A DNA stretch of 64,000 nt from positions 60,328,001-60,392,000 of the forward strand of contig CM052817.1 in assembly GCA_028534125.1 (NCBI GenBank). Direction: 5' to 3'. This document shows positions 54,078 through 64,000 of this stretch, piece after piece. Position 1 is the stretch's first letter. Every line of letters begins with the position of its first letter. The DNA comes from Lama glama. Taxonomy: Eukaryota. The notes beneath the pieces were generated by a model that did no database searches, had not been told where the DNA came from, and saw only the letters and a list, made by a program, of their open reading frames with translations. A program made the position numbers and the translations under genes.

Positions 54078-56020
54078 GTTCTAAGTGTATTGGAGTCACA
54101 TACAGAATATAAAATTTCACAAATCGTTTATATGATGGGAAGCCAAACATTATGAGAAAACAGTTAATGTTATGAAAATAAGAAGCACATAAAATACGTC
54201 TGGATTCGTCTTGGGTGATCAGTTATGAGTGTAATAATATTCTAAGTAATTGTACACTGATTATAAAGGAGGAAAACTAAGCAATAGATCCTTGCTTCCT
54301 AATAAAGTACAAGTTTGAACTCTATATATAGACAAAACTTACGAAACAAGTTCTAAGAAAAATGTCAAGTTGGGGCTTAATAGTAAACTCTACCATCCCT
54401 TTATCTCCATAAGATTCCATGCTGTGTTTGATATGGGCAATTAACATTTGCTCCATTTATCTAAATGCAATAAAAATATAACCTCATGTATCTCCTCAAC
54501 CCATACACCATCCCTTACCTTCATGTACCTTCGGTCATGGAAATTTTGAAGCTGCCATTAGAAATGTAACTGATAACATTACCAAAAAAGCCAGGATACA
54601 GTGGAGATACGTATACTAGAATTTTGTATAGCCATGTTAACTTGGTATTATAAATAACTCTTCTCTGAGCCAAACTTTCTAGTACTTGAAGCATATTTTA
54701 AAATATTGAAATTAAAAGATCTAAGTTAATTAACACCTTTCCCTTAAATTGAGTAAGATTATGCTCTAGGTTCCCAGAATAGACAAAACTTTATGGCTAA
54801 ATATTTTAAGAGACTGTTAAGGAAGTGTTGCTTTTGCGCGGAAGTCCCTTTCTACTCCTAGGTATTCTAGGTGTTTCAGTAAGGTCACAGAAAAACCTTA
54901 CCTCAAACAGAAAATTATATTCACGTCACATTTTGACAAATTGCTTTAGTCTCTGGAGAACTGTCTCTTTGCTTTATTTACAAAGTTTTAGCACTTCTGC
55001 TGGAGAGAATACATTTAAATTTTCTTATTTTCCACAATTCGGTTTTTTTGAAATAAAGTTTAATTTTATATTCAGGTTTCTATATTGATAGATTTCTGTT
55101 ATTTCTTGCTACTTGTTCTATTTATTTTTTATTGCTAATTCTTTCCATTGTATTTTAAAATTTATTTTCTATCGTTTTAATTAATATGTATCTGAGACTG
55201 ATTATAATTTAAAACCACTCACGCAGTCTTTCAATTTCTTTTTTAATCTTGAAATAAATTTTATTTAAACAAGTTGCATAAGAGCTCCTCCTGAACCAAA
55301 AATCTCTAGGTTTGTCCTGTGGCCTGGGAGCCAGCTGCAGGAGGTCCTAGTTCCCAATATCCTGGCAGTGACTTGAACTCAGATAGAGAGGAAATATGAC
55401 CAAACTGCTATTTTAACCTCCTGAAGTATCTTCATGAAAGGAGAATTGAAAGCAATGTTATTTGCAGACTTAAAACAGAAAACTAGGGTACAGAAGAGAT
55501 TCTTAAAGTTTTTTTTCAAATATGTGATTTCTCTTTTATTTGAAATACATGTGTTAAAATTATTACAAAAACATCGATATACAGTATATAATGCTGTCAA
55601 ATTAACATATAACTGGTTTTAAAAAACAATGGTTTTGGTAAAATTTTGTACAATGGAGATTTAATGGGCTTTTTGTTGCATTGTACTATGTCATGAATGG
55701 GGTTAGTGTTTATTACAAGTTTCAGGAAGGCTTCTTTGAATTTTACGCATATAGTAAAAAATTTAGATAGTAAGCAATATTTATGATTTAATATTTAAAA
55801 CAAAATGCCTACGGCTCCTTTTTTTTCAATTTTCCCTGTTAATTCTTTGAGAGATATTTAAATTGCTATGGGAGCGACTACAGTACAGTCACTACTAGCA
55901 GATATGTACCTGTGTAAACTAGATTCACTTCTGAAAAATATTCAGCCAAATCAAAATACAGAAACAGACTGAAATAATTATGAGGCTGAAATATGACTGT
56001 GTTTGTCACATGTGTATCGT

Positions 56021-56513
56021 ATGAAGTACCTGCATGCAAGCTGAAAATTTAGCCTGACAGTGTTTTATGGACAAAAGCAAAGAGACAGCTTTCCTGGGTC
56101 AGAGTCAGAGGATTTTATTACTCGCAGAGATGGTAGTAGCCCAGTGTTAGTGTTTGTATTGGTTCCGTATGCCCCCAGGTTACACGGGGCAACGTGGAAG
56201 ACTTGGGTGGATCTTGTACGAACAGCAGGTTTGCATCACAGCTGAGGAGCCCTCACTTAGCGAACTCGTATCTTTTTATAATAGGATGAAAGATGATATT
56301 CTCTTTGCCCCAGAGGGTGACTTTATCTTTATTTTACTAATAGTAAACAAATATGCCCTTTGCTCTGGAGACAGACATTACCTCTATCTTCCAAGGCTGT
56401 TTGCTGTGCAGATATCTTCGCAAAGATAGTTTGAAGCAAAAGGACAATAAGTGTCTTGCTCATAAGATGTGCAAAAATAAATATGAGCAATGCATGGAGA
56501 ATTGTCTCTGACA
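56021..56513 (-). mobile_element. ERVL solo LTR (LTR40-like), near full length
   Basis: Ends ...catggagaattgtctctgaca (minus strand TGTCAGAGACAATTCTCCATG); contains gccctttgctctggag and ctctatcttccaaggctgtt. Confidence 0.78.
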
Positions 56514-57504
56514 ATGTGATACTCAGTTTCACCTTTTTCATTTTTATCCAAGGTAACCTAATTCCCTTTGATTGAATTTAAAGTAAGAATAGATATGCAT
56601 TTGAACTGTAAGTGAAATAATTTTATGCTAATATTGGTTGAAATAATCCTGTATATTTTTATATTTTTGTTTCTTACGAGATTGGTAAAAAATGTTCTCC
56701 TGCAAAAAAAAAAAAAAAGAAGTTAAAAACCACTGGTTTATAACAGGACCAAAAGGCAAACTACTTTTAGATGAATTTATCCTGCATTGCAGCTACAGAT
56801 TTTATTCTTAATTGTCACATCCCTTATTAATTATTTCATGAATATACCAGAGTTTGCACAAAAATCAAACATTCTAGAGGCCGTATTAGATGTGAAAATG
56901 TTCTGCTGATGCAGCTTATGTTACCATCCTTATGTAAGAGGCCAGTATGTCATGGAATAGAGGATGTAAACTTCACATATTAAGGGAATTGTAAAAAAAA
57001 AAAAGATTTATACTATGTTTCATGTAAATCCTAGTGGCCTCTTCAGCCAAAAAGTTTGAACTTTGATAAAGATGGCAGTTTCATATATTTATTATTACAT
57101 TGCACTTTAAAGTGGTATATCTAGTTTCTGAGATTATAAAAAATCACATATATCATTAAGTGACACACTTTCATTTTATGGTTAAGTTTTTATAAGACTT
57201 CAAGCCAGTATGAAAACTTCCGAGGAGCAATTATGCCTTCTTTGACTTCTTTGAGAATTTTCAGAGGATTATTCTGACATTTGAATGCAACTAGAGTTAT
57301 CTCTGAGAGAAAAAAATACATTTTGTTTTTCTATCTTTTATTTGCATTGCATATGAGCTTTGTCCTAAATATAAGTAATTTTGTTTAAAATAATTGTCTA
57401 GGAAGTTTTTTTAAAGATATTACAATTTCTGAGCTACTCACTCCAGCACATCTAAGGAATTTAATTATGAGCAGCTAGGAACAAACATAATAATGTAATG
57501 TATT

Positions 57505-57650
57505 TTCTCTAATGCGACATTGGCATGCATCTGAATCACCAGGATGGTTTGGCAAAACATAGATTCCTAGGGCCCACTTCAGAGAATTTGCATTGCCAGG
57601 AAACACTCACTGCTGGTCCAGGGACCATACTTTGAGAACCATTGTTCTAA
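57505..57650. mobile_element. MER5A-like DNA transposon
   Basis: tgcatctgaatcaccagg...aaaacatagattcctagggcccac...gctggtccagggaccatactttgagaaccattg. Confidence 0.78.
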
Positions 57651-57689
57651 GGAAAAGGTATTCAAATGATGAAAATGAAGATGAGGAAG

Positions 57690-57910
57690 ATGAGGGTAGC
57701 AGGTAATGCATATGTTGTTCTGATGCTTGGAAATCTACTGTATTCTTTACATATATAAACTCATTGTGTCTTATAATTATCTTCTTTAAGGAAAAAACTG
57801 AAGCTTAAAGAAGTTAATAAATAAATGGCCCAAGAGCATAACATTGAAAAGTACAAGAGCCAGTCCTTATACCAAAGCCTTTCTGACTCCAACCCCTTTC
57901 ACTCTTTGCT
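57690..57910 (-). mobile_element. MIR
   Basis: aaactgaagcttaaagaagttaa...gcccaagagcataac...aagagccag...ctgactcca. Confidence 0.6.
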
Positions 57911-58479
57911 TCACAAAGAGTAGAAAAAGTACATACAGAGGAGAAATTGTCACATAGGGGGGAAATTAACTGTATAGTCTGTGAAGGCCTTTGGCTCTAA
58001 AAAGTAGATGTGAGAGAGGCAGTACGACTCAGGAGAGCAAGGTGCAATCTGTGGCTTCCGCTAAGGGGTGAGGAGAAGTTTCCTGTGTGAGGATTAACAC
58101 TCGGAATCAAACTCTTTTAATGAGACAGTCAGCTCAAGGTCATGAGAAGTCCAGAAGCAACCTGTAAATGACAAGGGGAAAGATAAACACCAAGTCAGAT
58201 CAAACCAGGTTTTTTTTTTTTATAGTTTTCATATTTAAAAATAAATGGTTTCTGTTACTTAGAGTAAATAACAATATTTCTTCATCAAAATACTGGAGGC
58301 TGAAATGGCATACTCTTTGTGCTTTGTGCCCAATAAAAGTCTAAAATGATGTATTTGCTAGAGTACTCATAAAAAGCACCATTAATCATCTGGTTGCAGT
58401 GACAAGGGCAAAGACAAACTATCAGGAGGAAGCGGGATGTGGTGGATAAGCCTTAAAATGTGAACCACAGGCCAAAACA

Positions 58480-58880
58480 AAACTATCAGAGCCTCTCCTA
58501 CCTTTGCTGACCTTAATTCTTAATTAACACCAGGCTTGTTTCTCACTTACAGATATTGCAATAGCTGTACCCTCTTCCCAGAGTGCTTTTTATTCTGATT
58601 TCCACATGGCTGCCTCCTTCTTGCTATCCAGATCTCAAATGTTGCAACCTTAGGGAGACCCATCCCCAATCACCCACACCCCATGGCACTTACTAACATA
58701 TGTTGTGGCGTATATTTTAGTTATTTATTTGTGAATTATCTTTTTCTCCAATCACTGTAATACAAGCTTTGTTAAAAAGGGAATTTCTGCCTGTTTTTTA
58801 CTACTATGTTTCTAGCATATGAACAGTGTCTAGCACATATTAGGTTTCCAATAGTTGTTATTTTTTTGAATAAATCAAGA
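58480..58880 (+). mobile_element. L2 3' region
   Basis: gctgtaccctcttcccagagtgct...catggctgcctccttc...cagatctcaaatg...gaacagtgtctagcacatattagg...ttgaataaatc. Confidence 0.75.
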
Positions 58881-59571
58881 AAGGAAGGAGGATAGAGAGG
58901 AATAAAAATGAAGGAGGAAAGTAGAGACATTACAGTACTCTAAATTGATAAGTCACAGGATTTTCATGCCTTAAATCTGCATTGAGTTCCTAAGCTAGCA
59001 GCTCTCCACACTATCCCCTTTATGGTCTTCTGTCTACAATGATGATCTACTGTAATGTGGTTATGTGATTATAGTCTCTTTGATTTTTACCTCCCTCTTT
59101 TCCCTCAGTGCTCAAGATAGACAAAAGGGTATACGTATGTGTAATAGTCTTGAAAACTGCAAACAAATTCTCAGTTCAAATCTGATCAATTTTTTAATTG
59201 GATTGAATCACTTGAAAAATAATGCACTCAGTTCCAGAAGTAGTATGAATTATGTAGGAGACCCAAGACTGAATATTTTAATTCTACTTTTCCCCTCTGT
59301 CAGGAAAACCCCTTTAAAGTCCCAGCTGCATGTTTATATTCTCGTAATCAATCGCAAACTAATTTTATTCATGATGTCTAAACTAAACTAAACTAATAGT
59401 GACATGAGAGTTAACTCTATTTGGTAATGTATTTGGATTTTTATTTGGTATAGAATTTAAATCAAGGGATTTGGAAATAAAGAGTGCAATCCAATTCTGA
59501 TAAAAACTGAGTCAGTGATGAAAGCAGCATCCTGCAAGCGCCCATGCAAACCCAGCCTTTGAGAAATAACG

Positions 59572-60047
59572 TGTTGGGGAGGAAGACTTTTCCTTCTTCC
59601 CTTCTAGGTTCTTTGGCTGGTCTGATAATTAGATTGACATAAGATAGATTAACAGGAGAAAAATTTAACTTCATACATATGGGAGCTCCACAAAATATAA
59701 GACCCAAGGGCAAGGCAGGCAGTGAAGGCTTACATGACATCCTGAGCTAACGAATGGGATAGGGGCCTGCGGCTTCAGAGGGGAAGAGGATAATTCACAG
59801 GACAATAAAAGAGCAGATATTTGGTAATTAGGTGTTTGCCTTGCCATACAGATAGGTCATTCAGATAAAGATTATTCCTAATAATAGCTCTCTCTCAGAG
59901 CCAGACCCCATATCTAAATTCTTCTTAGGTAGTTAAAGGAAAGGTAAAAGTTTATCTTGAGTCTGCTGCATCTTGATTGCCTTCAGCTCAAAGTAACCCA
60001 CATGCCAATGTGACACATTTTGGAGTCCAATACTCTGCTCCCTTTCA
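59572..60047 (-). mobile_element. ERV1-type solo LTR
   Basis: TG...CA termini; shares taggttc...gatagattaacaggagaaa and ttgccttcagctca blocks with the 44-kb LTR. Confidence 0.8.
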
Positions 60048-60614
60048 CATGGTGGTGCTTGGAGACACTCTGACGAATGAAAAGTTTTCATGTGTGATCT
60101 TCAAACAGAATTTATGTTCCAATTATATGGATACTTGTGCATAAAGAATTGGAATGAAACTCAGGATTCTTTCTATATTGTATGTGTGTATGAAAGAGAA
60201 AGGAAGAGAGAGAGAGACTGAGAGGCAGAACAAGAGAGAAAGAGAAAAAGAACTACCAAGAAAAGAGCTGCTACACATATTTAAGAGATGGTATCTTTTA
60301 GGAAACAATTGTTGTAGATTTATAAATACTGTTCTAAGTACAATGTTTTGTCAAGCTTGCTTAGCTACTATGATTTTTCATTGGTAAGAAGTAGGAATAA
60401 TATAGTACGTTTCATTTGTGGCTTTTATCTCATTTATTCACATAATTATAAATATTTATTGAGTACCTACTATGTGCTAGTAACTATTCTGGATTTTGGA
60501 AATGCTGCAAAGCATTAAGTTTCCTGACGTTCAGATAATGTTCTAAACTAAAACAAAGAGCAACTGGTTTTTGGATGTAGAGTGATTGAAAATCTTATGA
60601 GAATAAATACAAAT

Positions 60615-61115
60615 GTTTGAAAATCCCAGACTCCCCAATTTATCCCTTCTGACTCCCTTTCCTCCAGTAATCATAAGATTATTTATTATGTCTGCAAGTC
60701 TGTTTCTGTTTTGTAGATAAGTTTATTAGTGTTCTCTATTTTCTTTTTTTTTTTTTAGATTCCAAAGAGATATCACATGGTATTTTTCTTTCTCTTTCTA
60801 GCTTACTTCACTTAGAATGACGATCTCTAGGTCCATCCATGTTGTGGCAAATGGCATTATTTTATTCTTTTTATGACTGAATAGTATTCCATTGTATAAA
60901 TGTTAGCCACTACATATAAAAATAGATTTAAAAAAATAAATTTCTTCTGTATAGCACAGGGAACTATATTCAATATCTTGCAATAACCTTTAATGAATAA
61001 GAATATGAAAATGAATATGTGTATATATATATGCATGACTGGGACATTGTGCTGTACACCAGAAATTGACACATTGTAACTGACTGTACTTCAATTAAAG
61101 AAAATACTTTAAAAA
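60615..61115 (+). mobile_element. 5'-inverted, truncated younger L1 (antisense 60615 to about 60900, sense about 60898-61115)
   Basis: 15-bp TSD agaataaatacaaat at 60600-60614 and 61116-61130; the sense part is closely similar to the reverse complement of the 35.1-35.4 kb L1 copy. Confidence 0.88.
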
Positions 61116-62374
61116 AGAATAAATACAAATATATTCTGTAAAGGTTTATGCCATATATTTTCAGTTCAGTGTTTTATTACGATGAAATTTGATAACTTTA
61201 AAACAATATAAAAGAATTGAGTAAAGCTTTTTGGTAGTTTTGAAAAGCAGCCTTAGACTAAAGAACAGAGTTATAAGAAAAGTGACCAGAGGTTTGCACA
61301 TTTATAATGAGGTCTATAGGTATTATCAGTGCAATAGAAAATGAAGTTTATAACCTTTATGTAAAGATATATTGCTAGTAACTTACTTTTTATTTGCAGG
61401 AAAAAAATCTTCTAAAAGTGAGCTGTAGACGTAATGTTTTTCATTCTAGAAAAAAGGCTAATGGATGTTATATAAAGTATAGGAAAGCCTTTTTCTGATA
61501 CAAGGAATATATACATTCTATAAAGATTACCTGTGGAGTAATTTATGCCCATCAAATATTTTCTCTTCTATCTATGTGACATGTGACACTTTCTATGAGA
61601 AAAATTTATACCCAGATCAAACATAATCTCAGAACAATCCTTTTAATGTCAGACTTTTTGGAAAAGAAAATATAATTCTTTTTGCAGTTTAATGCTCATG
61701 GAAAAACTGAAACAGTGAAACTAGAAGTGCACTGATCACTTCTTCAGGAGCTGCTGCTGGAACTTGTGGGGAGAGAAGAGAGGACATTAAGACTGCTGGC
61801 TTCATGCTGGGAGCCATTAGCTGACTGCTCCAGGCTGGCTACCAACAGCAGAGCAGAGAGGGAGGTGGCCCAGCTGCAGGGGAGGAAACGCTAAAGGCAG
61901 ATTTATTGTCTTCTCTAAAGGATCTTATTTCCATTCTAGTTTCCTGCTTTTTTTTTTATAAGACATTAAATAAGTTTCTTAACCCTTTACTATTTGTATT
62001 CTTTGCAATCTGAAAAAAAATACAAAGCTATTTATATTTTGACTTGAAAAATTATTTTAAAATGTTTTATTGTTAAGTGTTTATCACTGGGTACTTAAAG
62101 ATTTTAAGCACAGCTTCCTAAACACAAAGTCCTGGGAACTGGATTTCTCTAAAAAATGATTTTATGAGTTTGCTTCACTCATAAAGGCGTTCTGGTGCTT
62201 AGATAATGTCTAGCACATGGTAAGTGCTCAGCAGATATGTTACGTGAATGAATAGTTATCTTCTATTTGTGACAATTAAGTAATATGGAAGGATAGAAGC
62301 CATATATGCAGAATATTGTGCAGAGTACAAACTGAGGAGTGTAACTGCTCAGGCCCATATGCTTCCATCGTACA

Positions 62375-62560
62375 GACCATGGTTTTAAAACCCAGCTCTG
62401 ACACTTGTCATGTTCCTTTGAGTAAGTGAGTTAACATCTCCAAATATAAGTTTTCTCTACTGCAAAGTAGAAATATAACACTGCTTACAAACTTCACAAG
62501 TTGCACATAAGACAATGCCAGACACACATTAAGCCCTCAGTATATGTCTTGTATGTCAGG
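62375..62560 (+). mobile_element. MIR
   Basis: aaacccagctctgacacttg...tttgagtaagtgagttaacatctcc...gttttctctactgcaaagtag. Confidence 0.6.
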
Positions 62561-62899
62561 ATCATTATTTCCAGTGACATAACATACGTACAAAGCAAAG
62601 AAAAGAATGAAAGTGGAAGGGACCTTGTAGGAAAGAAAAAATTCAAACTGCTTTATATATAATAATTAACTTACAGGCCTTAGTCTCCTTTATATATTTC
62701 ATAAAAGTAAATTCTGCCTTCTCAATTATAGCATATTAATATATTTCTGGGTTTAGTATATCCATTGAAGTGTGACTTTGAAGATTGTTTAAAATGCACC
62801 AAAAAACATTACTTTAAGTGTGTTTAGTGACCTAATGTGAACCTAATGGGCTCACTTCACTTGTCAATAGCTGTAAGTTATAAGTAAACTCACATACGA

Positions 62900-63030
62900 T
62901 GGCTAGAATGTCAGTTCCACAAGGGTGGGGATTGTCATCTGTCTTGTTCACTGCTAGTTCCCTAGTTTTCCAAGGTACATCCTAAATATGATCGGTGTGT
63001 AATAAGTTATTTGTTGAGTGTAAATGTGGC
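62900..63030 (+). mobile_element. L2 3' end
   Basis: ctagaatgtcagttccacaagggtgggga...gtcttgttcactgct...aataagttatttgttgagtg. Confidence 0.75.
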
Positions 63031-64000
63031 AGCATTATATGTATTTAGATCTTTTAAAATAATTTTGACCCTGCTGGTGTAAATCAACCTCATACAATTC
63101 TATGACAAAGGAATGCTCTGTTCCCAAGTCATTTGCTTGGGCGAATGGCACCATCAATTTACATCTTAGTAAGAAGTAGAGGAAGCAGTTGCTCTTTTCA
63201 GTGCCACATTCCCTTGGCTGCCAATTCTGTACCGACCTGAGGAAATGATGCCACTAGCTTGCGACTCCTCAGCACCAGACCCAGTGTGACATTCCTGTGC
63301 ACACAGAGGAAGAAACACAGAGGGCTTATGCAAAGCTTTTGGAGCAGCAATGCACATAAAATCCAAAATCTTTATTTCCTCTCATGGGTGCAGAACAGCC
63401 ATGAGGGAACCTAGGATAGCGAAGAATCTGAAGATTGTCTTATAAGTTACGACCTGGATGTTTAGCTCAGAGAAGAGCTTTTATAGATGTAATAATAGTC
63501 TTCAGATATTGATACTCTGTCAAGAGAAATGTCAGCTAGATAATTTTCACTATTACAGAGGACAGAGCAGGGTTATGGGTAAAATTTTCAAAGAAGTAAT
63601 TTTCAATTCAGTACCAAAAATATTTTTTAAGAGCTAGAGCTACTCAAAATTGAATAACCTACCTGGTTAGTTAATGTGCTAGTTAATTCTCTATGTGGAA
63701 GTTTACAGGGAGAGGCTGTTGCACCTATTCAAATGCTGAGTGTTTTGAGTGGAAAATTGAAGGGATAACTTAAGGTTACATTTTTTAAAAGGGCTGTGGT
63801 ATCTGGCTAGAGTAGCAAAAAAATTTAACCTATATAGTGTATCTATTATTTATTAGTGAAGTTACAGACATTTTCACACCATACTTAGATACACAAAACA
63901 GAGGCAGTAATTATATAATTAACATAATCTTCTTAGCAAGGATGCATCATGTAAGGTAGGAGCAGGGAAAGTGTGCATGGTGAGATCTCTTTAAATTTGC

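Noticed and set aside
63214..63224. ttggctgccaa as an NFI site
   Set aside because: The spacer is 1 nt, not the 5 nt of the NFI consensus TTGGC(N5)GCCAA.

Overview
AT-rich mammalian genomic DNA lying inside the very large GRID2 gene (glutamate receptor ionotropic delta-2, GluD2), which is transcribed on the + strand. Only two coding exons are present: 8748-9032 (285 nt, phase 1-1) and 25935-26140 (206 nt, phase 1-0). They splice in frame (...[12 protein letters not shown]...), encode part of the extracellular amino-terminal domain, and match GRID2 exons 3 and 4 as I recall them. Everything else is intronic and rich in repeats: MIR, L2, L3/CR1, old L1M fragments, MaLR/ERVL/ERV1 solo LTRs, hAT and Tigger DNA transposons, microsatellites and several younger lineage-specific insertions. 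A vic-1-like tRNA-derived SINE suggests a camelid genome. All other ORFs in the track look spurious. I found no convincing new biological system. The best observations are a twin-primed 5'-inverted L1, several nested insertions with readable target-site duplications (TSDs), a 49-bp L1 tail carrying a sense poly(A) signal, a dense GCTCAA/GTGCT motif cluster and a tandem-duplicated hairpin. Repeat family names come from remembered consensus sequences and need RepeatMasker/Dfam confirmation; boundaries of old repeats are approximate.
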